Of a DNA stretch of 35,360 nt, positions 19,001 through 26,655 are shown one piece after another. The stretch covers positions 1 to 35,360 of the forward strand of contig LT649343.1 in NCBI GenBank assembly GCA_900128395.1, in the 5' to 3' direction. The stretch is from Stramenopiles sp. TOSAG23-2 (lineage: Eukaryota). The first letter of the stretch is position 1; every line of letters begins with the position of its first letter. The notes under the pieces were generated by a model. It ran no database searches. It was not told where the DNA came from and saw only the letters and a program-made list of their open reading frames with translations. The position numbers and the translations under genes are program-made.

Positions 19001-21228
19001 AGTTCGTATTGGCCTTTTTCTAATTCAAGTTTTACATCTTTTTTGATATTTGTAGCTTCTTCATTCCTGCGTTTAACTTCATTAGTTCGTTGTACAAGCA
19101 TCAATTCTGCATTTTTCAATACATTTTCTCTTTCATTAAGGGATTTCTTTAATTCTGTAAATTCATTTTCATAGTTTTCTAACGAATTGCGTTGCTCTTG
19201 AATATTACGAAGTTCTTCTTTTAGTTTGTCTCTTGCATCTCTAACTTGTTCCGCTGCAAGTTTTGCTCTCTCCTCTCGTGCTTTGACATCAATTTCATGA
19301 TTTCTTACTTTATTCTCACGATCTTCAATGTCTTTTTTCATGATTTCATACTTTTGTTTTTCATTTGTAAATTTCTTATCTTTCTCAGCAAATGAGGATT
19401 CTTTTTCATTTAACAAGGTAATAGCCTTTTCCATTTCAACATGTTTTTCATTCACTTCGGCAGTTTTTTCTTTCAAGTCATTTTCAACATTTTTAAAACG
19501 TTCCTTCGATAAGTTCAATTCATATTGCAATTTATTTTTCTCAATTTCCATCTGCTGAATTTTCTTTTGTAAACTAGTCACCTCTTCAGTTGCTCTATTA
19601 TTATTTTCATTCAATATTTTTTGATTTTTTTCCAATTCAATTAACTTGGCTTCCACATCTTTTCTTTTAAATTCTAACTCATTGGTCTTGTTATTTAAAG
19701 TAATTTCTTTCTTCGTTAATAACATCTCTTTCTCTTTAATTTTATCTAATAGCGATTCGTTTGATTTGTTTTGCTCCTTCATATTGTTTTCAAACTTTAG
19801 TATTCTTTTTTCTAATTTATTTTCATTTTCGTTTACTTCTTCTTGTTGTTTGTCTAATTGAGTCTCTCGCATTTTAACTTTATAGTCTTTCTTTTCTAAT
19901 AGAACTTCTCGTTCATTTAATTTTGAATTTGCTGCTCGTAGCCCAGTCTCTTTTTTTCGTATATCGGATAATGCGGTTTGAATATTGGTATTTTCCTTTT
20001 CCGACAATGCGTGTAATTTACGCTCTTCTTCCTCCAATTGTGATTCCCTAGTATTGCAACTATTTTCTCGATCTTTTAAAATTTCTTCTGTTCGTGTTAA
20101 ATTCATTTCTAGCATTTCTAATTCTTTTCGTTCTGCCAATGTATTTGCTTTGATGGTTGCTAATTGTTTTGACGTAGATGCTAAATTTATCGCATCGCCT
20201 TTTAAAGCTCGCTCATTTTCTAACATAGTATTTTCCCGATGACGTAGAGCCCTTTCATGGTTTTTCAATTTTTCCTCCCATTTACTATATAAAGACATTA
20301 ATTGTGTACGTGTTTGAAAATCATTGGTAGAATTTTTTGTAGTCTCAATGTTTAATAATATTTGATTTTTCTTATCATTTACTATCTCTAAATTATCAGC
20401 ATCATCATTACCATCAGTAAATTGTGCAGGAAGTGGTCTATTTGTTTTCAATTGAGATATGCGTAAACCTTCCATATATCCTTTTGCAAGATCAAAATCT
20501 ACATCTTCTTCGACTGGATTCAAGTTAACGTTATTGCTTTTTTGTTGTTGTTGTTGTTGTTGTGGCCGTTGACTAACACTTGTATTTGCATGTCTGCGAT
20601 GAAAATGATAATCATTCATATCAATCATATTTGGATTGTTGTTCATGTCAGCTCTAGCAGACGCATCAATAATCGTGGACAATTGGTCATTAATGCTTCG
20701 CAAGCCAGCAAGTGACGAAGTCCTGCTGGATATCAAAGATTCTTCCCGTTGTTGCTGCTCCTCTAGATCAAATATCGTGACAGCAGAAGATGAAGATATC
20801 CTACTTTTATTGCTATTATACCTCCGTGATTTGCTTTTTCTTTTTGATGACGTAGGAGTATTATTATTATTATTATTATTATTTGTCTTTGTAGGTGTAA
20901 ATACAGGTTGTCTCGGACGAAGACGACGACGAGTGGGTGTAGATGTTATTTTTTTTTTCTTTGTTCCTGTTGACTTGCGCATTGATGAAGTCTTTTTATT
21001 GCTTATTTTATTTTGTCTAACTTTCTTTTTCGCTGAGCTTATAGTTGGTCTTGATAGATCCCTAAGAACAACCTCATCAGTTTGTTTTATTGCTTTATTA
21101 TTTTCCTCAATAATTTGGTTCGTTATTTCAGTAGTTGCTGTTAAATCTTGTAATGCAGCTTTTAATCTACTTTTCCTACTTTCCCTGGCAGACGAGGAGG
21201 GGGAGGAAGGTGTAATTGTATTATCCAT
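10042..21228 (-). CDS. giant 3728-aa coiled-coil protein
   Basis: Uninterrupted 11.2-kb ORF; about 300-aa S/T/R/K-rich disordered head, then about 3300 aa of E/K/Q/L-rich helical sequence nearly free of Pro. No family recognised. Confidence 0.9.
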   Translation of the reverse strand: MDNTITPSSPSSSARESRKSRLKAALQDLTATTEITNQIIEENNKAIKQTDEVVLRDLSRPTISSAKKKVRQNKISNKKTSSMRKSTGTKKKKITSTPTRRRLRPRQPVFTPTKTNNNNNNNNTPTSSKRKSKSRRYNSNKSRISSSSAVTIFDLEEQQQREESLISSRTSSLAGLRSINDQLSTIIDASARADMNNNPNMIDMNDYHFHRRHANTSVSQRPQQQQQQQKSNNVNLNPVEEDVDFDLAKGYMEGLRISQLKTNRPLPAQFTDGNDDADNLEIVNDKKNQILLNIETTKNSTNDFQTRTQLMSLYSKWEEKLKNHERALRHRENTMLENERALKGDAINLASTSKQLATIKANTLAERKELEMLEMNLTRTEEILKDRENSCNTRESQLEEEERKLHALSEKENTNIQTALSDIRKKETGLRAANSKLNEREVLLEKKDYKVKMRETQLDKQQEEVNENENKLEKRILKFENNMKEQNKSNESLLDKIKEKEMLLTKKEITLNNKTNELEFKRKDVEAKLIELEKNQKILNENNNRATEEVTSLQKKIQQMEIEKNKLQYELNLSKERFKNVENDLKEKTAEVNEKHVEMEKAITLLNEKESSFAEKDKKFTNEKQKYEIMKKDIEDRENKVRNHEIDVKAREERAKLAAEQVRDARDKLKEELRNIQEQRNSLENYENEFTELKKSLNERENVLKNAELMLVQRTNEVKRRNEEATNIKKDVKLELEKGQYELKKRNEELVANFKQKESELRTRLSNEFEAKEKKFLDKTEREKKKIDEEKALNMKKLDEEKALNMKKLEYQEKQMESKLEIEKEEFINREKRRLEEEREDLHKQIEEERKSNEEALKLKETEMRKELSEEREKAYDNAKNLLDRSERENERFFKNRKEELDTERLNLLEREKEALRRIEEEKTKLDERSSMLDERDKNVAKQEAELVHLDAEISSRIKLVEHTEKISTAAFKEREDHLKSRIVEFETIAGDKMSRFESEREQLEQLKISLRDAQSSLENQKKAFETEKSAMISEAKGVLQRAELEANDRREKLAKETQKMKEELKRRQESVHVQLTRAKDSMEKASKRAKTEVENMKKAAKEKVENMFKAADVEVAKRILEMDENIKNSNKDIEMKSAEIERRKNELEEHENIRLVEIRKNALIELDKEIEEKRFMIDTECKKKMELLDVEIQGQNEIMQTKLAHAEQRAKSIVDEAMKEQELLKSHREEAKKRLSQVKQAIQLSEEKAREDANRIITKAEDKANNIIQEAKADSSNRERNTKEKCQEMLSETKKEIAEKQENIKRLQEKAEKEIYERKKEIEEEIQMRLEKSEQRVKEVETTLESDAHESKKNLKKQQMEVHEKLKKAQVAMKMAEENMKAQVEKMEAKAKKEAEAMIDASESKCKKMEKECEDHITNRMEELNTHVKKKWKEIEIFEAETKKRLADEKNETQRRIEFEFSTAQVQIRELETKVEEDAKVTKVELKKKQLELHEQLKTAKENLESAKTAAKNNAQKLEEKANADARKVLRDAEASASKIVENAKAKVEKEYKEKAELWAKNEADYHSRLKILENREKSLDNHANDLGLQSSSLESASENIRQQKDEWEKALVARAAALDNLRNDLLTREQTVSEREIFAEKNDDDQTKLLEEEWQALAEQRLELKEMKDTMQMREKKLELTQRVIDQEKEAMKMTHEDLVAKLMLKEKVLLNKEQEVIKKEEVVENKAMEINDLDTTLRNTQLETHTMIEGKEKQLQEEREKLLKAHNEDTLKATKRLEEVETLREDLQKLKLDKRQAMQLLEETQVKLEKEKALVLIERENVREMTALSESRIAAKENNARAMEEDAKEFMQDLQKEHRKLKTKEEEINQVHQHAVQLMKEADEKSEAAAKIHGRAESVKAWEQAFLQARQAWEMEREAQEERILNQQQILENARSTAEKAFKRERDILEAQKENIKTQADMLEQSMRKHQLKMAADVDQMQQDKIKVTEQLTKEIERHGKLKAENERFISSMLQQKKMLNEEHRVRIEVGLGKLKEKENNLISIQEVINNSKDELKRLRLEFQVEQKQQREQLNERLAALKNEENSMKIETARHRRKMDELSALKDELESKCFEHERKENSFNVTRDKFKKEQERYILVAKEQVEMRKQIEKERESNEKNRHQIDVKLIELRNMEHEQQNFILEKERFKIEQKRELEQMESKELKLRKKEEELEQFKTKEEEIKVIKQNFEDYKKSIQSDIDKRLNVVKKKEKRLKEQRLAMDKDVKKMIGKIQHDMAMTNDAAQQITQRTAEKAGTLQQIEAQLASRKVDIEEMEAENIQRRAKLRELELDYEDRIHRLEEDIRKIELKKNALKEEAEKSRILHESQQHQIAEKEVKIRNEETSLKRRRDEIESKMAENDTKLKQLQDQLSQKVSKFNQESIDKEQELLLYKREIESKFERKQEEWEEERKLQRKDLFEREESLKKAMAEFKMSMDMQRHESEMKIRSESLALQNKEGNIKHKEDELQITESKIREDQDTLKEKNNALQKELTEFKLQQDLFIKEKNEFESQKASDMNNWKQTKTANEQAMMEELQQKKLELDQKTMELEISSVRIKEKENAIANTEKRWREKLNDDRDVTMTLKNLLTEKDERIKSLENTVAATRSEYDEVYTKLQTKATEIVKLQSNLSHKEKEYDRQQRTFEEQLLEVSKLNENLLRMKAQSANEKKLLKKLQNDVREKTGKIMELERELRQMTNKMNDLKIQKQRDVAAVGAEAQSDLRTLNALIDEKQSAIARLEELLKTSNVKCEELQGKLEEKATKNAKLTVQLEEKQKEFERTINRLTHQEDESKHNIETLQEEIEAIKAKLQTEMTKTTSVEQELERTISKLNKIVDKSMQDSEKIQSLTIMIEDQENTIERQKMDLQKLRERNIALSVRTEEGQKSAGILAANKAAALQHKIDSKEEIIGKLREELKMLNNKYKTMKLQFEKGHNKLREEVKLKVKEREQEIAELKSNFVKEREELKEKISSINREEMDSTINKLKNDIVILKNEKQELDTIQSTLKEELRARQLNNERLTKLLNNASKSAEEKSNEAKLEMERQFENIKHQQKQLNSEKELLNDKIEALQSKEESFNADKKELESLKMRLKDRQRSADQRADALKKKTRELQEVETKLSEQKRILDSNKLKANTAKKMMEDAENKYVRVKELERDQLMEVKEMKKKLEEEYEFKYKELKELQDKVKAEVEEKHADMEKIQQEVESQREALIQKENDLEQKQQNVETKFVEKKNTLTGEMEDIRLKLKNQEENMKENLRTLNMKENDLKSKEKQLEEWQKKLNIKLGEMEERDRVFMKNQEKAKKELSSSFARTNASADLLEKEIHEVNDTKKQLDAQKLELEKREKKFEEEMETKTNAMKKQLEQLENNTVLTQANQIEMDQVVLLREQVERDQKDLEKRKELMEIEYNKKEEEYIKKNEMFEEKMGLFERERNSSYVEEEEQRIFQRASLAKQRLALEGARSELEKKERDVLLREQHLEERSRTKALDSIQRTLEAVKNREESMQLREIELQQWEASMLYGNGGGMDNNGSGNGGNTRLTEGENRNKRLELIDKIGKLTSKVVELQRENEDLQFNNNIEDRNNVENNKNNRNSNDNVNALELHEREEKLKSWSETLKRQQNYLDEESLSLATDLKQLKNREERLRRVTDDALNHGGSNTSGVNASINASLDNSWSNALGLE
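18800..18869 (-). repeat. 33-bp (11-codon) tandem duplication inside the giant ORF
   Basis: tctagttttttcatatttaacgctttttcttca twice; encodes DEEKALNMKKL x2. Confidence 0.9.
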
Positions 21229-21252
21229 TTTCTATATGTATGTACCAATATC

Positions 21253-21283
<31 letters not shown>

Positions 21284-21867
21284 GTATATTCCTTGTCTAG
21301 TCTATTATTTTCTACTATGTTTTCAATATTCAATTAATTATAAAAAAAATATAGTATTAATATATATATATATAATTTTGCCATTTTGAAAAAAAAAATA
21401 TCTTTTGGTACTTTGTGTTGCTGTTGTCCAGTTGTGGCACCTTTGTGTGGTGTTTTTTTTCCTCATGTGCTCATCTTCTCTCTTGGCCAACTTAAACTGT
21501 GGCCAAATCTCTTATAACTCTGCTGTTTTCAGGTGTTGTGTGCCTGGTATTTATATTTTAAGGTTAAGTGATGATGGCCGGGGAGATTATTTTTTGCATA
21601 ACACTTGCTAATTTTGATGCTATTAATATTTATATTAATCGGCCTAATCATATTTTTGCGCCAAAATAAAACATGGGCTCATTAAACCTTAACCTGATAG
21701 CCTGGTAAGACAAGAATCAGAGAGAAAACAAGAAAACAAGAATACAAGAATCAAAAAGATATATATTATTGTAATTATATATTTATATATATTTATCGAG
21801 TTTAAAATTTGATTTATTACAAATTGACATACAGCCGTACAGATATTCCATTGTTTATCCTTTAAAG

Positions 21868-23181
21868 ATGGCATTGTTTAGTAATAAGATGCATGGTCTG
21901 TATATTAATTTTTTCATAATTGTATGTGTAATTATTAATTCATTTTTCGTATTGAATTGTTTTGGTCAATCTAATAACTTCAACAACAACAATAATAATA
22001 ATAGAATAAATAAAAGTACTTCATTTGATAACAAAAACAACGATAATAGAAATAGATTGGCTACCTGCGTTGCAAATTCGCATTATGAATGTGGAAAACA
22101 AATTGGAAAGCAACAAGCTGCACGAATCCAAAAAACGCTTCAAACAAAACATGCACAGACTATTTTTCAATATGTAAATCAAACAGTGGATGGAAATAAA
22201 TTATATATATTTTATTTAAAACTTCATCTTCGAGTTTTTCCAAACTTAGTTGATGAAATAAATGGAACAAGCATTGGCGCAAAAGTTGATTTTCAAGCTT
22301 TGTTTGCGCTTAATATTGAATTTGAATTAATAGCAAAAGGAAATTTATCCACGAATAGATTTCGAAAAGGATGTAGTGATTATCATCTTTTTCAACCTAA
22401 TCAAGGTATAAATTATTGGGGCCATAATGAAGATGGTGATATCAATGATAAAGAAAATGGTTTTTATTTTGTTTCATCAACAATTAATAATCAAAGTTAT
22501 TTTGCATTTTCTTATAGTGGACGTTTACCTGGTTGGGCATGGGGATTTAACAATGCAATTATACAGACTATAAATGGTTTATATGTTAACCCAAGTACAA
22601 AGCCGGGTCTTGGTATTAATTTCATAGCTAGGGATCTTTTAAATTCACATTCAATGGAAAATGCAATTGAAAGAGCAAATAGAGATGGACAAGATGGCGG
22701 TTCACATTTTAATATTGGATCAATTTCAATGAAGCAGCAACTTTCAATAGAAACATCTTGGGAAGGTACTACGGTACAATATTTAAATGGTATGAATAGA
22801 AACTGGTATGCACATTTCAATGCATATTTGCATACAGATAAACCACCATTTGGTGATTATACTAGTAGCATACATCGTATGGCAAGAGTTTCTACAATAG
22901 CTACTCGTAGTAATGAATTAGAATTAAAAGATATTGGACATATATTAGACGTTTTGGGTGATAAGACGACCAAACCATATTGTTTAAATCGGTGCAATAC
23001 GCGTGAGGATCCATATATTACATTTTGTACATTAACTATTGATCTTGAAAATTCAAAAGTACGTGTTTATACAGATAGAACATCAAAAGAGAACATTGAT
23101 AATTATTGGGTAGAATTTGATGATGTAGACACAATAAATATTAGTCGTATAAAATCCTTTTTGCCGAGATTTCCATATTGA
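21868..23181 (+). CDS. secreted peptidase C45 (acyl-CoA:6-APA acyltransferase-like Ntn hydrolase)
   Basis: Hydrophobic N-terminal signal; G.QIG, FPNLVDEING.S.GA, autocleavage site G|CSD, GHNED, LPG.A.GFN, HFNAY, SSIHR motifs. Confidence 0.85.
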   Translation: MALFSNKMHGLYINFFIIVCVIINSFFVLNCFGQSNNFNNNNNNNRINKSTSFDNKNNDNRNRLATCVANSHYECGKQIGKQQAARIQKTLQTKHAQTIFQYVNQTVDGNKLYIFYLKLHLRVFPNLVDEINGTSIGAKVDFQALFALNIEFELIAKGNLSTNRFRKGCSDYHLFQPNQGINYWGHNEDGDINDKENGFYFVSSTINNQSYFAFSYSGRLPGWAWGFNNAIIQTINGLYVNPSTKPGLGINFIARDLLNSHSMENAIERANRDGQDGGSHFNIGSISMKQQLSIETSWEGTTVQYLNGMNRNWYAHFNAYLHTDKPPFGDYTSSIHRMARVSTIATRSNELELKDIGHILDVLGDKTTKPYCLNRCNTREDPYITFCTLTIDLENSKVRVYTDRTSKENIDNYWVEFDDVDTINISRIKSFLPRFPY

Positions 23182-23430
23182 TGTGTGATGATGATATGAT
23201 GATGAGCTTTTTAGATAGCTATGGCCACATTAAAATATGATGATGATCTTCTTTTCTTTGTTTTTTTGTTGGGTGCTTGGAGAAGAAATAATAAAATAAA
23301 AAGTTAATACAAGTAAAGTATATATATAGTAAGAAAAATTATACAAAAATCCATACAAGAGAACATATATATATTACATACTAGTTCTTCAATTCACCCC
23401 CGCTTCTGATGCCACCCTCAAAAAAAAAAT

Positions 23431-25053
23431 ATGAAAAGAAATATATCTATTACGATCCATCATGATAAGATATTATTATTAATATTATTATTATTTATTA
23501 ATGTAATAATTATACTGGCAATTGCAAATAATAATAATAATAATGTAAATAATAAATATATAATAAATCCATCCACTTCGTCGAAGAAAAAAAAAACAAA
23601 CAATGATGTTGGATCATTAAGTTGGTTTACATATCCATTAAACCCACAAAATTTTATTAAAGATTATTTTGAAGTAAATCCTGTTCTATTCAATCGTAAC
23701 ATACCATCATATTACGAAGAGGATAGTTCTTCAACATCATCAAAATCGAGACCATTGGATGAATTATTTCATTACATTCAACAATCAGCATATGATAAGA
23801 AATGTCCTAGTTTAATCGAGACCAATGGATTTCCTACCATCCGAGCAACTAATAATGGTAAAGATGTAAAACCTTTTTTATATTGGAACATGCCTGAAAT
23901 AAAACAAGGATACGATGAAGCTGTAATTGCAAAAGAACAATCAAAATATCAAAAACATCAAATGTGGGATAAAGATGCAATACAATATACTCATAGTCTA
24001 GGATTTTCAACATTATTTATTCGTGCCCAACAATGGGAAAATACAGTTGCAAAGCCATTTTTAAGAGACGTCGCTTCAAAATTAGGAATTTATGCACAGA
24101 TGAATTTATATGTAACACCAGGGAATAAAGTTGGTTTTGTAAGCCATTTTGACTCACATGATGTATATGTCTTGCAATTATATGGTAATAAAAATTGGCG
24201 GGTATATCAAAATCCACCTGAACAATTACCAGCAAATGATTGGCCAAGAGCGGAAATTCAAAAGTATCTTAAACGTCGAAAAGCAAATCGTAAACATTTA
24301 ATAAATACGGTGTTAAAACAAGGAAATGCATTGTACATACCTCGTGGTTACATACATGATGCGGATTGTAAAGATTTAAAAGATGATTCTGTACATGTTT
24401 CTGTTGGTTTCTTTCCACCACTTTATGCCGATTTAATATATTATGGATTTCAATCTTTATTATCATCATATGATGAGGATAATAATCATTTTTTTAATAT
24501 GTCATTTATAAAAAGAATGTCATTAAAGTCTTTGAAAACAACAACGTCAAAGACAAAGAAAGAAATGAAAGATCTTTTATTGGCATTAAAAAGTTCTCCT
24601 ACTTTGCCATTTGCAACTGAGGATACTAATAATAGCAATAATATGCAAAATAATTTTAATATGTATAAATTAGCAGTTGAAGCTTTTTTTAATTTGCATG
24701 TTTATAATGTAGATACATTTAAAGATTTGACAACTAATGTACATAATAATAATAATAATGAATTAATAGTTGGGGAAAGCGAAATGAAAGTAAAAGTAGA
24801 ACAAATAAAAAACGATTTAATGAATGAAATCATATGGGAATCTATTAAAAAACAGTATAAACAAAATTTACACAAATTCGTTAAAGATGGTTTTCAGAAT
24901 GACCACCGTGTATATCGCCCAGTAAGTCATGATGCACAAGAAGCTCGTTCTGCAGAAGAATATAATGAGGGTGGCGGTGGACAAAAAAAAAGAAAACGTA
25001 AACATCGAAGGAAGAAGAGGAAACATACTAAGAAAAGTAGAGGGCGTTTGTGA
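23431..25053 (+). CDS. JmjC / cupin_4 2-oxoglutarate oxygenase (RIOX1/NO66/MINA53-like) with N-terminal signal or anchor
   Basis: NLYVTP..GF..HFDSHDVYVLQLYGNKNWRVY and LKQGNALYIPRGYIH supply the HxD...H iron triad; N-terminal LLLILLLFINVIIILAIA; polybasic C-terminus. Confidence 0.85.
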   Translation: MKRNISITIHHDKILLLILLLFINVIIILAIANNNNNNVNNKYIINPSTSSKKKKTNNDVGSLSWFTYPLNPQNFIKDYFEVNPVLFNRNIPSYYEEDSSSTSSKSRPLDELFHYIQQSAYDKKCPSLIETNGFPTIRATNNGKDVKPFLYWNMPEIKQGYDEAVIAKEQSKYQKHQMWDKDAIQYTHSLGFSTLFIRAQQWENTVAKPFLRDVASKLGIYAQMNLYVTPGNKVGFVSHFDSHDVYVLQLYGNKNWRVYQNPPEQLPANDWPRAEIQKYLKRRKANRKHLINTVLKQGNALYIPRGYIHDADCKDLKDDSVHVSVGFFPPLYADLIYYGFQSLLSSYDEDNNHFFNMSFIKRMSLKSLKTTTSKTKKEMKDLLLALKSSPTLPFATEDTNNSNNMQNNFNMYKLAVEAFFNLHVYNVDTFKDLTTNVHNNNNNELIVGESEMKVKVEQIKNDLMNEIIWESIKKQYKQNLHKFVKDGFQNDHRVYRPVSHDAQEARSAEEYNEGGGGQKKRKRKHRRKKRKHTKKSRGRL

Positions 25054-25248
25054 TTTATTTTTAATGGGAAACTGAGGGGAGAGTGTTTTACATTATAATT
25101 TGAAAGCAGGTACCGATATTTGTAGAGATTAAATAAAAATATATTTTAAAATTTATATCGAGTACACATACACACACAGATATTGCCAAAACTTTAATGC
25201 TTCTTGCGGTTCAAGTGAATCTATTTACGGCGTATTCAATTATAAAGA

Positions 25249-25320
25249 AATATTTTTTCAAGTTTTACAAAAATTTTTTTTATATTTTTTTTCATTTGTA
25301 AACCCATCATGTCAAATATT
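25249..25320 (-). promoter_or_regulatory. candidate SECIS element
   Basis: Minus strand AAUAUUU-GAC-AUGAU-GGGUUUACAAAUG-(A8 UAU A8 loop)-UUUUUGUAAAACU-UGAA-A-AAAUAUU: helix I (7 bp), internal loop, UGAN/NGAN core, helix II of 13 positions with 2 mismatches, A-rich apical loop; about 120 nt after the TAA of the TGA-containing gene. Confidence 0.7.
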
Positions 25321-25440
25321 AATATAAACTGGACACACCATATCGATTTAGAATGACACAAGAGACACATGTTCGATAAGTGTTGCTTCAATATATTATG
25401 AATCACTTCTATACTATATATATTATATATATAATATTGA

Positions 25441-26655
25441 TTATGCAGAAGAACAAACACTTGCACTACTACCATCAGCACAGGCTTTCTTTTGGATAGT
25501 ATCATAATCTGCATCTATTACAACGCCATCAACAACAATTTGTGGTAGAAACACTTTTTTAGGAAATTGTTTATTCATTTTATTCATTGCAATTTTCATT
25601 AATTCATCACCCAATGGACCATCGGAACATTTTTTCAATTGGTCTCCATCAATATTATTTTCTTTTGCACATTTATAAGGCTTGTTAGGCTTTAATTCGA
25701 CATCCCAAGGGGAATCCATACAATCTAAAAAATCAACCTGTCCTTTTAATCCGCTAGTTGTTAAATTAAAGGCACATAATGTAATTCTTTCATAATAACA
25801 ATTTGGTGAATCGACACAGGTTCCATTTAATGAGCGCACCGCAGGAACCATGGATAAAGTTGCATCCTTGTTATTATCACCGCCAAAATTGGTAAAGACT
25901 TTAATCCAGTCACTTGAACCAAAATGACGGCATAAAGGTCATCTAGAAGCAAAGAAATAAGTTATTGATGGCGAATCATTATTACTGCTATTATTAGATG
26001 CCATCCTCATCGTTGTTTCTTCGTTATTATTATTATTCAATTTCCCAACTACACTTTTATAGTTGCATTGTGTTGACGTACAAGCAATTTTTTCATTCAC
26101 AAGTACAGTTGGTAAAGTAAATGAACCTTTTCCAACTTTATTAATGGTAGCAACCATTCCTTCATGCAATAAATAATCACCTTGCTTTCCATTGAAACAA
26201 GTTGTAACTTGATCAAAATTTATTTTATTATTTAAAGCACATTGTTTTGGGATTGTTGGTTCATAGAAAAGTGGAAGTTTAGATTCATCCATACAATCTA
26301 AAAATTTCAAATTTGTTTCTACATTACCATTTGTATTATTAAATGCACACAACGTTACCTTTTCCCAATCACATGATGTTTCGTCTGCACATATCGGCGT
26401 CCCAGACGCACTGTATGGAATGGCAGGTATAAATTCAATATTTACTTTCTTTGCATAGTTTTTATAAATTGTTTGAAAGTCACCTGAACCAAAGGCTTTA
26501 CATGTTGGTCACGCTGATCCAAATAAATATGTAATGGATTGTGTTCCTCCTTGTGTATCTTGCAATTCATTTCCCAATACAACAACGGAAGATGAAACGA
26601 TGATATTTAACACTACAAATAGTGATAAATACATGGTTGTTGTGAAAGTTTTCAT
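25441..26655 (-). CDS. secreted tandem GILT-like thiol reductase selenoprotein, 404 aa, Sec at codons 49 and 239
   Basis: ORFs 26509-26751, 25939-26352 and 25441-25851 share one frame, broken only by TGA at 26511-26509 and 25941-25939, giving SITYLFGSA-U-PTC and SITYFFASR-U-PLC. Both halves align (TLCAFN, FLDCMD, CA, C..G..G..L, LP...V.). ATG at 26655 starts a signal peptide; ends at TAA. Confidence 0.88.

Noticed and set aside
10095-21337. Many plus-strand Phe/Ser/Leu-rich ORFs
   Set aside because: Antisense shadows of the E/K-rich giant ORF.
25915-26511. Possible recoding hairpins at each UGA (UGACC...GGUUCA)
   Set aside because: Only about 5-7 bp with a bulge, and explained by the conserved P and FGS codons.
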